Of a stretch of DNA of 64,000 nt, positions 1 to 13,225 are shown in pieces; the first letter of the stretch is position 1, and each line of letters opens with the position of its first letter. The notes beneath the pieces were generated by a model that saw nothing but the letters and a program-made list of their open reading frames with translations, was not told where the DNA came from and did not search any database. Source of the stretch: Podarcis muralis (Eukaryota); contig NC_135659.1 of assembly GCF_964188315.1 (NCBI RefSeq), positions 71,548,001 through 71,612,000 on the forward strand, read 5' to 3'. The position numbers and the translations under genes were made by a program.

Positions 1-155
1 AGGCCATTGGTACATCTAGTTCAATACTGTCTTTGCTCACTGGCAGTTTCTCTTCAGGATTTCAAACGGGGCATTCCCAGTCCTATCTGAAGATGCTGGG
101 GATTCAGCTTATGACCTTCTGTATGCAAAGTTCTACCACTGAGCTATTGCCCATT
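1..155 (-). mobile_element. tRNA-derived SINE (Squam2-like), degenerate, cut by the window edge
   Basis: The reverse complement reads as a tRNA-like head (GGGCAATAGCTCAGTGGTAGAAC-TTTGCATACAGAAGGTC) followed by a body similar to the copies at 7343 and 24848. Confidence 0.55.
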
Positions 156-2333
156 GCTTGAGTTTATGTCAGTGGCATTCAAGGTGTCATGTTGCTGATT
201 GGTATCTTTTGAATTCCCTTAGAGCTCTTAACCATACTTGTAAACACCACCACCTTCTTGGGGAAGTGGCTCTTTTCCCAAGCACTTCTTTTTTCACTGC
301 TTCAGGTGCAGACTTCTGGAAATTTATTAACATAACTGTTGTGGAGTTGATGGCTAGTCATCACAAATTTCTGTTTATGTGTTAGTAAATCTCCAGTTTG
401 AGCACCACCATCAGAATAATGCAGGAGCAGGCGTGGTAAAAAATAGGGATCAGCAACCTTTTAAGACCAGTGGGCACATTTTGAATTTTGAGGGAGTGCT
501 GAGGGTGCCAGTCACAAAATGGCCGCTGTGGGGCTATGGCATAACACAAAATGGCTGTTGGGGGACATGGCATAGCAGAAGATTAGAGAGTACGTACAAT
601 CATTGCTAATTTCCTCTCTCCCACCCACCCTGACAATCTCATGGGAAATCAGCTATATCTTGGTGGTCCTGACTATGGAGGAAGAGCTATCAAAGGCACA
701 AGAACACTGTTTTCCCAAGTGCAAATCCTAAACCAATGCCTCTGCTGACACCCTGTAACCACTTACCTAGGAGTAAGCCCCAATAAATGAAGAGGTTTAC
801 TTTTGAAGTAGGCACATATACCATTGTACTGAAGAGTTAACAGTTTCTCTGTGCTATCATTGACAATTATATAGCATGTCATGGGTCTTGATTAAAAAAA
901 AAAACAATTCTGTGTGTGATAAGCAGCTGTACAATATATTAAACCCAGTTCTTATTCTAAGATGAGTTCCGATAAAAATTCATGATCTTGAGCATTGCAG
1001 GTAAGATACTCAGGGGCAGACAGAGGAAGGAAATAACTTTGTGATCCATAAGGAAAAGTCTTTCCTCTCTACAGCACAATATATATTTTCTGATTTGTCA
1101 TGGTTTTTTTTTTATCATGGCTGTTAATGACTTTTAGCAGCCATTTTGGAGCCAAGGTTTACAGTCTACTAGCTGGGACAGAGCAGTTGAGACTTCCTAT
1201 TAATTTGGGGAACCAGGAGCTCCAGAAAGGACAGGAGCCCTTTTGACATTACTGTTGGTATAAAGTCAGAAGTAAGGATGCTGCTGCAGGTATAAGGACA
1301 ATTTCTCAGGGAGACAGCTCTTGGGCCTTGTGACTGGTGCTTTGTAGCTTTCCTCTTGCTGTGCAGTCTTTTATCCTAGAGTTGCATGTTATGCACTCAG
1401 TGCCTTTGCTTCTAATCTCCTAGGGCTAATTAGTTGGATTGGCATTGCTTGGCTGCACTCTAGTTCTGGGTGGTCTTACATAGGGAGTTCCCCCCCAACC
1501 CCAACCCCCCATTTTGCCTGTAAATGGTGGCTTTTTAGCTGTTAATCTCACCCGTTGCTTGGTGCCTAAATGTTCTGAATTATGTAGTGCAGACGCGTGG
1601 AGGAATTTTTCTTAGTGCTGCAGTGGAAACATTTTCTGACATGTTCACAGTCCCATGTCAGGATTGCATTGGTTACTTCAATGCAGGTAATTGTTTTAAA
1701 GCATTCACAAATCGCTTATCCCCCCCCCCCTATAAATAGATGAAAAGGAAGTAATAGTAAACCAGTAGAATACTATTCTAGTAATAGTATAAGAATAATT
1801 TACTCTTATATAGTCCAGGACAAAGCACTGTCCACATCCCTGGTAGTTTGGGTTGGAGGGAACTGCAGTTCCTTCTCTTCTTATTAACTCTTTCTCTTGC
1901 CCCTTCAGAATAGGGGTTTTAAAAATCGATTCTCCATTGAAACCTCCCAACCCACATTTTATCTACTTACCATATTTATAATCAGGCCTTTGGCTAATTA
2001 AACCATGTATGGCCTTTTAAACTGTGAGGGGTATTGTTTTTGTTCGTTAACCTACTGGTTTTACCTCATAAGAAATAGCTTTGTAGAAGGACCCTGCTGT
2101 TCTGTTGGATCATACAGTAGTTTGTTTTGGGATTTTTAATGTGCTTTTTAAATAAATAAATAAATGCTGCCTGAAGACTTTTTATAGTGGAGAAGCACTG
2201 TAGAATATATAAACACACAGGTATTAACTGCCCTCCTCATTCGCTTGTCATATTCTTTTCTGATGTCCATCATATGCAAGCTTTGTAACGCTTGCCCTGT
2301 CCATTCTTTGACCATTGTACTTTTCTTCCTTAG

Positions 2334-2639
<306 letters not shown>

Positions 2640-3774
2640 TAGTCCATTGTGCTGTTTATTTTCGCTACTGGTATCTCTCCAAGGTCTTAGGCATAAGCCT
2701 TTCCAAAAACCCTTTAAGTTGGAGGTATTAGGTATTGAACCTTTGCTCTTCTACATGCAAAGCATGTGTTCCGCCAGTGCTGGGGTACAGGCTCCATTTG
2801 GTGTGCATTTAAGTTATGTTTTGCAAAAATAACTGCTTAGAAATGACTTGCTTGAAAATGGATCTGTTGCCATACTGACCTAGAGCAGAACTTGCAAGAT
2901 TTGTGAAATGCTGCTGTTGGGCACTGTAGCAATTTCCCAGAGGAAACCACGAGGCTTGGATTCCTTTGAACAAACGTAGCCCACCTCTTACTGAGTCAAT
3001 AAGGGCAAGATAATGGCAAGTAAAGACAAACAGAGATTGGAGTTGTAGCAGAGTAGACTCAATTCATCTACATGCCCTTTTGGATCTGAGTAAGAGGCAG
3101 CAGCAGATCAAGTCTTTTGTATTTTAATGCTTCCATAATTTTACTGGGCAAACATTGAAATTTCCATTGGGTGCAGAATTAAGTATCCTGAGAATCTCAG
3201 CTTTTGAAAGAAGCTTATTTCTGGCCCTTGTGACTGTGAAAATAGGCATGAAAGTGTGGGCAATGCTAAGTAAAATCTCAGAAGCCAAGTAGGTGGGGGA
3301 CAGAAAGGCCAGGGTTTCATTACCCTCCATGGCTCCATTCTCGTATGACCAACAGAAGCAGAATAGAATATGCAAAGTAAGCAAATATATGCAAGTGATT
3401 GTTAATTTGCATAGATGTCATGGAATTGATCATTTTCTTGCAGAATTTGAATTACCTGTGGCTTGTTGGTTTGTTTATTTTTTGCTGTTTTTGACGGTCC
3501 TGCACATAGGCAATTCTGCATAAGTTCTTTCTAGTTCAGGCCTTGGTGGTGAGAGTGAACTGCAGCTTGCTCTGCTTGAAATGATTCCTTTGAGGAGTGG
3601 GGCCCCTTTAGCTTTTAATTGCTGTCTAGTTTACTATATAATGTTGAGTTGACCAATCTTGCAGAGAGCCAGGTTTAAGCTGGTGTTGCATTACACATAA
3701 TGCAGGCTGAAATGGAGAGAAAACCCATCTCTTTGCCTTGGAGAACAGAGCTAGTGATGGGATCTATAGAACCC

Positions 3775-3851
3775 TGTTGTTAGCCGCCCTGAGCCCGGCT
3801 TCGGCTGGGGAGGGCGGGATATAAATAAAATTTATTATTATTATTATTATT
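3775..3851 (+). mobile_element. L2-type LINE/SINE 3' tail with (ATT)n
   Basis: GTTAGCCGCCCTGAGCC...GGGCGGGATATAAATAAA followed by an (ATT)n tail. Confidence 0.55.
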
Positions 3852-6600
3852 TTCCCCACACTTCCTTCATAGAGCTTAAGACCATGCTAGATGTGACATT
3901 TGCTGTGTAATTGGTCTTTCTTGAACAAATAACTAGCATAGGAGCTCCTGAGCCAGATTTGGGCCATGGCATGGTGGGAGAGGGGATCCCCCCCCCCCCG
4001 TTTCCCTTTTATTCCTGCTGTTTTCCTGATTGGACTTGACTGCTATTTATCTGTACTGGGAGGAAAGCTCCCATCAGGATTCTGATCAGGACTGTGGGTT
4101 AACCCTGCTCCAATTCCTCATGCTGTTATTACAATCTGGCTCATCACATATCGCACGCAACCTTTGTGTGCATTGTCATAGCTGCATATCCCTTGAAACC
4201 TGGGCTCCCCAAACAATGTGGCATATTTTTAGCAGCAGCTGGACTCCTTGCTGTACTTCTGCTTCTACTTCACTCCCTTTTCCATTGCACAGACACTAGG
4301 CTTCTTGTGATGTGCAGACCTGGGAAGGGTTAGTGATAAGGATATGCTTTCTTGTCAGCTCAGTTTACAGTCATGGGAACTAAGCAGCTGACCAGAGAGG
4401 CTGAGCCCCTTCCCTGAGCTGCCCAAGGGCCTTAGCTAGCTCTTGATGATTGCACAGGCCAGCTGGGTGGTGCATATGCTGCTTAGGCATGGCACTTTAT
4501 TGGCATTGCACAGTAACACAATCTGCTGGAGGAATGCCTCCTTTCTTGCTGCCTCCAAGGCCTGTTCCATTGCTGTGGCCCTTTGAACAAAGCTGCATTG
4601 CCTAATGGCATAGGCCAGGGTGAGGAACCTCAGGTGTGGGGCCCAAATACAGTCCTTAAGCTTCTCTATCTGTTCCTTGAGCCTCTCCCTACATCATACT
4701 CCCCCTCCCCCAGCCATATCATTCACTGGATGCACTTCATATTCTCCTTGAGTGTTTTTTCCTGATGTGTCCTTGAACTCTGATAATGCCTCTCCCCTGC
4801 CTGGATGGAGGATAGAGAGAGGTTTGTGAGTGTGTGTAGAAACCAGCCTACTGTACATTTACATTTGTTGCTCCTCCCACTTTTGCCTCTGGCCCCACCC
4901 ACCACTGTCACAAGGCCCCTGGAACATTGACCCAAAGGGATGTGACTCTTAGGTTGCATTCGACAAGGAGCAGGATGAGGGAGTCTTTAAAATGCTTAGC
5001 CGTGTCGACAGCGACTGGCATGGTGTGGATGAGGGAAGTAAATACTGGGAAGGTTGTGCTCTTTGCGGGGGGGGGGGGCATTTCCACCATGATTAACAAA
5101 AGCAGAAATGTTAGCTCCAGAGCTCCAACCCTTTGGACATTCTCCAGGGGCGACTTGGATGAACATCCTAAGCAAATAGCGCTGGCTAGCCTTATTACTG
5201 TCTAAGCAGTAGAATTCGATTCTTTGAAAATACTTTGTTCTCCCCCTTTCCAATTAAAAATGAATCTGCAAGTTCACCTGCAGAGTTAGTTGTGCCACTG
5301 GTCCTTCCACGGGGCCTCTGTGTGAGTTCCCCTGTTGTGGTGCATAGACTTGAAAACAGGAGGCATTTAGCTGGTACAATTATCATCCCCCTGCTTATTC
5401 TGGTCACATATTCTGTGGTCTTTTATCCTCTGGGCTCACAGTGAGTGAAGGAAGGCAGTATGCTGTGTGAGAAGTTGGCCATCTCATGGCCCTACAGAGC
5501 TGGCAATTTGAGAAGCAACCCTTGTGCTGTCAATCCACATGGGCAAGCCTTTCAACTGGGCAGAAGTCCCAGACTCTGTGCATGGTCCCCCTTTCTAGTA
5601 GACTGGGGGGGGGGGGGAGAGAAAATAGTAATAAAATGTAGAGGTGGGTTTTTTTTACTTGCATAGAGACATGGCAGGCAAAGTATGCAGCTCTCTCTGT
5701 GCAATCAACTGTTGAGCAATTTTAATTAACAAAATAGGTGTTTTCGAACCTACCCATCTGAGGAGAGAAGGGCAATCAATGCCCGGCACTGCTGGCCATT
5801 TCCCTGCGGGGGCAGCCTTTGCTTGTAACTCTTTCTGTAGCAGCACCTGTGCTTTTATTTGGACATGACTCAGTGAGAGTAAGTGCAGCAGCCTCTCCAC
5901 TTACACTGGAATGCTGTTCTTCTTCAGCTACAAAACGCTTTTTCATTGTTGCAGTACCTTTTATCCCAGCTCAGCAAAGCCTGGGATTGAGCCAAATGGA
6001 AGCTTTTAAACAAAGGACTGAACCTGCTGCCAAGTGCCCCAGGCTCCAGAAAATGGCAGTTTCTGGAAATGAAGCATGCCACAAGTGACGGATGACAATC
6101 TCCACCCAAGCATCCATCACTAACTGCTCTGTAATTAAGAGGATATGCTTGTGCAGTTGTTTAAAAGTAAATGTAGCTACCACCTGGACCTGATGGGGTC
6201 CAACAGAATGTATTCTCAGCATGATACGTGCATTGGAATGAGGTAGTAGATATCCTGCCCTACTAAACACTACTGTCCTCCCTGTTTCGATCCCGAGGGG
6301 CAATACTGCTTTGCTCAGTATTGTTGATTAGAGCTTTGGGCATTTGAAAATTTCCAGCTGCCATTATTGTGGGTGCTATGTGTTGGCAATGCCCAGTTCC
6401 GTATGCCAATATCTGAGTCTGCAGTAGGATTTAAATTAGCAACTTGAGGAATGCAAGCTGAGAATTTAACCTGTATGCCACAACTCAGCTAGTTCGAAAA
6501 GAGAGAACTGCAGGGAACATGTCCTTAGAAGCTTATTTATGCAAATAGGCCAAAGCAAGGCAGGCGTTACTGCCTGATCATTGTAAAGGCTGCAGGTTTT

Positions 6601-6705
6601 GGGTTGCAGCCAACTAAGTTCTACTCAGAGTAGACTCGCTGCAATCAATGGACCTAGGTTACTCATACTCCTTAATTTCAGTGGGTCTACTTATGGATGC
6701 AACCC
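6601..6705. mobile_element. Small palindromic MITE-like element
   Basis: Termini GGGTTGCAGCCA / TGGATGCAACCC (11/12 inverted match) with internal palindromes; no clear TSD. Confidence 0.5.
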
Positions 6706-7342
6706 ATTTCTTTATAAAGGGCCAGCAGTTCTGGTCCAAACAGCTCCTTTCCATGCCTTCTGCCCCTCAGCATTTATATCACCATAGCTTTGAGAAGAGG
6801 CTTTGATACTCTGGAATGAGTGGGACAATCCTAACCATTGATCCATACTGCTGGCAGGGATTAGAAATTGACACCACCGGCAGAGGAACTTGGCCACCAT
6901 GGAGGCCCTTTCTGTGCCCACAGAAATGTGGAGGAGTATATGCTGCCATTGGTGTTCCTGCCAGCAGTAGCTGGAAGAAAGTTCCCCAATGGGGGTGTTT
7001 CAATGATAGGGTGGAAGCAGAGCAATGGCTCTTCTGGATCCAAAGCCAGTCCAGTTCCTGGTGAGGGACCTGATTTGGGCGCATGTTGTGAGTTGGTGCA
7101 GCCAACATAGTTGGGAAAACTACCTTCCATTTTTTCCTCCTGGCTAGCCGGAGCCAGTCAGGCTGCAAATGCCACGGAGAGTCCCTTGCTCCATGCCCCC
7201 CCCCCCCTCAGTTAGGGTTTCTGTCTTGGTGTAGGGAATGATAACATCTTGTTCCACAGCTTGTAGTTTTTTTTATCACATGGTTCTTCAAAGTATTTGA
7301 ACATATGTTTTGACTATATGAAGCCACATGGTACTGAGACAG

Positions 7343-7520
7343 ACCATCAGTGATCCATCTGGCCTAGTATGGTCTCCTCTGACTGCGAATGGCTCTCTGG
7401 GGTCTCAGGCAGAGGGTCTTTTCCCCATCACCTGCTACTTGAACCTTTTTAACTGGAGATGTCAAGGTTTGATCTTTGACCTTCTGCATGCAAACTATTA
7501 CTCATTCCAGAGCTTCTGAA
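7343..7520 (-). mobile_element. tRNA-derived SINE (Squam2-like), degenerate
   Basis: GACCTTCTGCATGCAAA head motif and body similar to the copy at 1-155. Confidence 0.5.
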
Positions 7521-7837
7521 TGAGGACTAGGAGCATAGCCTAGACCCCTGGAGGCAGAAAACCATCCCAGGTGCCCAAATGTTTAAGTGTAGCTATTGAA
7601 ATGGGTTTTCTCAGTCTCAGGCCAACACCCTGCCAATTATGTAATATAGAGCTACCTTATACTGAGCTAAAAGGTGACAAGGGGCACCCCTTTGCTCCCT
7701 CAGCAGGCTGTCTGGGGAGGGACAGATTGCTCTTGCTAGAGGTCTGCAGCAGCCTTATGAAATTGGGTTGAGAGCCATATGGAGACAGGTCAAGGGACAC
7801 ATGCTCGCCCACTATAGTGCATGATGTCCAGTTTTAT

Positions 7838-7969
7838 CAGGGATGGGGAACCTACAGTTTTCCAGATGTTGCGTGTCTGTAGCTCCCATCACTGCTGCCA
7901 GTTGGCTATGTGGGCTGGGACTGATGGGAGTCCCAGCAACACCTGAGGACCACAGGCTCCCCACCCCTG
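7838..7969. mobile_element. Small palindromic hAT-type MITE (old copy)
   Basis: TIRs CAGGGATGGGGAACC / GGCTCCCCACCCCTG (13/15); internal CAGATGTT...CTCCCATC...GATGGGAG as in 17231-17368; degenerate 8-bp flanks (5/8). Confidence 0.6.
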
Positions 7970-8396
7970 AGTTCCACGCATGCTGTGTTCATCGAGTGTG
8001 ATGCCTGGGGGCTGATTTCCTTAACTGGAAACAGAAAAGTTACAAAAAGCAACATTATAATATGTAACAAAAGATGTTTAAGTGTGAAAATACATTGAAA
8101 TGTTAAAACCATGTTCACACTTTAATTTTTTTTAAAAATAACAATTGAGAAAACACGTTCACATTCCAGATGTTAATTACACCACCATTTGTATTTATAC
8201 ATTAGATAGCCATAATCAGTGATATACAAGCAGATTTAATCTCGGCTGCATCATCACATCATAATGAGGATATTAGGGATGTTAGAACTTTTGATAGCCA
8301 TAGCTATCGATTCATGAGCTGATACATGTTGTAGGAGTATATGTCACATTTCCAGAGAAGAAGGTTGTGTTTTCAAAATGCAGTGTTTATTTAGCC

Positions 8397-8639
8397 CGTG
8401 GGTAGGCAAACTAAGGCCTGGGGGCCAGATCCGGCCCAATCGCCTTCTAAATCCAGCCCTCGGATGGTCCGGGAATCAGCATGTTTTTACATGAGTAGAA
8501 CGTGTCCTTTTATTTAAAATGCATCTATGGGTTATTTGTGGGGCATAGGAATTCGTTCACCCCCCCATATAGTCCAGCCCCCCACAAGGTCTGAGGGACA
8601 GTAGACTAGCCCCTTGCTGAAAATGTTTGCTGACCCCTG
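8397..8639 (-). mobile_element. hAT MITE family A, reverse orientation
   Basis: Reverse complement of the 16913 and 50464 copies; 8-bp flanks ATTTAGCC / ATTTAGTT. Confidence 0.88.
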
Positions 8640-8659
8640 ATTTAGTTATTCACCCTTTA

Positions 8660-8889
8660 CAGTCATACCTCGGGTTACAGATGCTTCAGGTTGCGCAATT
8701 TCGGGTTGCACACCACGCTGAACCCGGAAGTACTGGAATGGGTTACTTCCAGGTTTCAGTGCTCACCCATGCGCAGAAGCGCTAAATCGCGCTTTGCGCA
8801 TGCGCAGACACGACGCTGCGGGTTGCAAATGCTGCAGGTTGCAAATGTGCCTCCCGCACGGATCACATTCGCAACCCGAGCGTCCACGG
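8660..8889. mobile_element. Tc1/mariner (Tigger-like) MITE
   Basis: TA flanks at 8658-8659 and 8890-8891; imperfect TIRs CAGTCATACCTCGGGTTAC / GCAACCCGAGCGTCCACGG; CpG-rich palindromic interior. Confidence 0.75.
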
Positions 8890-11433
8890 TAGTTTCTTCC
8901 AAAGAGGTCATTGCATGGACTGGCCCTCTTCTGAGCTAGATGTAGTGTGATAGTTGCCATATGCTTGTCACGGTGCATTTTTCTCGCTCTGCTCCTTCCC
9001 TGAACCCTGTAACAGCTGCCTCCTGGTTGCCTTACCATTTGCTATGATCAAGTGTTTTCCTTGCAGGAGCAGGAAATAACTGGAACTCTCCCCCCCCCCC
9101 CAACCTTGATGGTGTTGCTGGAGCCTCTGGCTAAGCTGATTCCATGCTAGTAGCTGTCCTACCATTTGCCTCTTTCCTAGCTCAGTTTTCAGTTCCCATA
9201 GTCAGGATGCAACTGGGGATTTGTATAAAGAAGTACAAAATGTGGGACACAGGGTGACTTTTCTAGCATCAGCTGTGCACTGTAGGTCACTGCATGCTTT
9301 TTTCCGTAATCCATTGTAGCATTCTGCCTCTCCAACCTGCCCTGTCCATCAAGATTGCCCTGGTAATGCCTTCGTTTTCTGTCCTTTGCCCTTCACATCT
9401 TTGTGGTGTAAAACCCATGCCAGTTTCCTGTCTAGCAGGGAGAAAGCCCTGTCTGCACATGTCAACCGAAGTTCCCCCTCCTGACACTTGAACATAAATA
9501 TAATGGCCTTCTCTAACCTTTGCAGTTTCTTTACCATCACGCAAAAGAAACAAAGGAGGTCCTCTGTACAGTGAGGTAGTGCCAGTATTAAGTGTGTATA
9601 TAGGTGCATGCAATTTTAACTGTAAGCTTGCTGTGGAAAGACTCTCATTTCATTTTGGGGGCATGTAACATTTTCAATACACCCCCCCCCCCAAAAAAAA
9701 ACCACTCTGATTGAGCTCAGCAGAGACTTGTTCTTTGCACAGTACTGATTGGCTAGTCCTTATGTCAGTCTCAAAAATGCAGTAAAAACCAGTATAAGTG
9801 TAAGAAACCTCTGAAAGGGGGGAGGGGAGTTGAAAGATGATGTGGAATAATTCAAATTTATGTTTTGTGTTTATTGTAAAATGAAAATATAAAGAAAAAA
9901 TATTTTTTTAAAAAAAGAGGAGGAGGCAATCAACATTCATTGGAAGCCATGTGTTTATAATGGGTGAAGGCTGTTTGGAAAGCAGAACTCAACCCGCAGC
10001 TGGAAAACCCACTTACGTTTGCAGGTTTGGCTGCATACAGTCTAAAGTTCTATATAGGTTCAGTGGTGCTTCCTAGAGATTCCATACAGGATACCCCTAT
10101 TTTATTTGGGATTACACACTGCGGAGGATCTTGAAATTAGATATTGATGTTTTGCCATCTGGTCTTTCGGTTGCTTCCCCCGCCCCCTGCAAAAGTTCAT
10201 TTTTTGTAAAGTTAATTTCCTCCTTCCCAGTGAAGAACCTCTCTTCTTTCCTTGGGCTGTGATAAAGGACTACCTATGACCCTAATTATCAGATAAAGCC
10301 ATATTGTGAGAGCTTTATTGCAGAAGAGGTCAAGCCCAGAGGGTCTCTGGGGACCAGAATTCATTGCTTGGGATTTGCTGGAAAATGTTTGTGAACATAA
10401 AGTCATCAGGACTGTGGAACTACTTCCTGTGTCTACAGATGCATTAAGAGATATGCCCCATATTAAGAGTAATTCAGTGTTCCATGACTCTTCCATGGAA
10501 CAGACAGTAAAGCTCTACCATGCCCCATTTTTGACATTTTTGTTTGAAAGTCTGAATCCTGAGTCTCAAATAGTTTAGGTTCAGTATTATTCAGTCTGTT
10601 CAACAGATTCACATGAATTGTGTTCTTTCCCATTTTACAGTTTTGGCATTTGACTTGCCCTTTCCCTCCTGAATGCTCTTCCTGGCTATACTTTGGTCGC
10701 ACAATCTGAGTCTGACATGTCTAAGTGCCAGTGGCAAAGCCTATTTGATGCTTCTGCACCCATGATAGAGAATTACGTGGTTTTTTTTATATCCTCACAT
10801 TACAGTAGGAGATATGGATGGTGCTACTGTAATTGCTAGACTACCCATTGCACCATTAATATTGACATTAGTGAACCTGTTTGTAACTTTAATATTTGAT
10901 GCATGCTCTTCAGTTCAATACATTTTTTTAAAAAAATCTATCCTGGTTCAATGGCGAAAGCTCAGAGAGGATAATGTAGCACCACCAACTTGTTCCCCCT
11001 TCTATGCCTGTGGATTCACAGAGAATTATTAGGTGGTGACCTTGGTGCATCTAAATGTGTCTATATTCCCTTTAATTCCCATTTTGCACAGTTTCTGAAA
11101 CTTGCTGATGTGCATCTAAAACCTGCCAGCCATCGCAGCGAACAAACTCAGAAGTGACTGGCATCTCGGTCTTGTATGTGACAGTTATTCCCTCTTCTGT
11201 AACCAGAGAAGCTGGCATTCAAAGCACCATTGGGCATAAGATCATGGACATAAGGGCATAGAACTTTTGTGGAAGTTCTGATTTTTTTGGGGGGGGGGCT
11301 GTGCAGCAAAGCATACACCATAATGCTGCTGAATAACAAGAGGTGCATCGTTTACTACAAGGAAGAGGGATTCAAGAGAATTTGGTTTTCTCCATACTTC
11401 TGATTTTGGTGCAAAGATGGCAAGATGTATATA

Positions 11434-11779
11434 CAGTGGTGCCCTGCAAGACGAATGCCTCGCAAGACTGAAAACCCGCTAGACGAAAGGGTTTTCCGTT
11501 TTTGAGTTGCTTCGCAAGACGAATTTCCCTATGGGCTTGCTTCGCAAGACAAAACGTCTTGCTAGTCTTGCGATTTTCCCCCCGCTCCCCCCCCTTTTTC
11601 TAAGCCGCTAAGCCGCTAATAGCCTTTTAGCAGCTAAGCCGCTAAGCCTTTTAATAGCCACTAAGCCGCTAAACCGCTAATAGCGCTAAGCCGCTAATAG
11701 GGTTGCTTCGCAAGACGAAAAAACCGCTAGACGAAGAGAATCGCGGAACGGATTCTTTTCGTCTTGCGAGGCACCACTG
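11434..11779. mobile_element. Tc1/mariner (Tigger-like) MITE, 346 bp
   Basis: TA TSD on both sides; 22-bp TIRs CAGTGGTGCCCTGCAAGACGAA vs CAGTGGTGCCTCGCAAGACGAA (20/22). Confidence 0.9.
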
Positions 11780-12335
11780 TATTCAATGTAGGCACAGCTC
11801 TTGTGCTCCCTTACAAAGAGTTGCACAAATCCTTTTGATATCGTCCGATAGCATCACTTTTGCTTCCTTTTTCAGTGCATGCTTCTAATGTGCAAAGCCA
11901 TGCTGTGTTCCCAAGATGGCTGCATTCTTCATTAAGAATAAAGTCTTGGGCCACATAAGAGGAGGGAGGGACCTGCAAAATGTGTCTCTTGCTAACATTT
12001 CGTATCTTGAACATAATTATGCTGGTACAACTTGAATTAAAGGATTAAAAATGAAATTTGTGCAAAATGCTTAGCTACAATTTTACGCTGCAAGCCGTAG
12101 CTCCTGCTTAAGCAATTTTGAATGTAAGCATGCATTTTGGAAGAAAATCTGTTTCTTTCTAAATAGATCAGGAAAGCTAAATGCCAGTGAGGATTTTGGA
12201 AGAGGGACAGTCCGGTGGGATATATATCCCTGATCAAAATAGAATATAAAGCCCAATGTCAGTACTGCTGGTAATATTAACTTGTGCATCAGATCTGAGG
12301 ACCAAACCTCATATTACTTTTTGCTGTGTTTATAG

Positions 12336-12596
<261 letters not shown>

Positions 12597-13181
12597 TGAG
12601 GAGGAGTGACTTGCTCAAGGCATATAGAATCTACAACATTACATCTTCCCAGGTCTCCTGCTTACCTCTTTGCTACTAGTAAGTTGTGTTCTAAACATGT
12701 GTTGGGAAGTGGATGAAATATGCAAAAGACATGAACTTGGATGGCCATCAAGTTGCTTGTTTGTTAAGGCTCCCTAAGGCTGTTTCTCCAAATTTACACA
12801 CATCTACTGGCGCAGTACAAAGATTTGTATCTTTGGCTTTCCCCCCTTTTCTTTTATTTCTCTCCTTAATACACTTTCAATGGGCCATTTCATGTGGAGC
12901 ACATTACAGTAATCTAATGTGAGTGTGACCAAGGCATGTGTAGCTGATCTCCAGGAAAGGGCTGGGGCACTAGCCAAAGATGTACAAAGTTGCTGCAGTG
13001 GCTATCTGTGAGTGCCTAGGACAGGGGCATTTTGTGTTTCTTCCAGCCTTAGAGTCACATTTTCTAACAGGCAATCTTCTGGGGCCACATACCAGTGATG
13101 AAAAGAGGCAAAAGTGAGTGGAGCAACATAGGTGATGCTTACCCCTGGGTTTATATTCCAGCTAAGCAGAAGCCAGAAGTT

Positions 13182-13184
<3 letters not shown>

Positions 13185-13223
<39 letters not shown>
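13185..13223. repeat. (AC)n microsatellite
   Basis: About 19 uninterrupted AC units. Confidence 0.97.

Positions 13224-13225
<2 letters not shown>

Noticed and set aside
11600-11700. CRISPR-like or other prokaryotic repeat array
   Set aside because: An 8-bp degenerate tandem repeat without spacers inside a TA-flanked MITE. The window is intron-exon vertebrate DNA with no prokaryotic genes.
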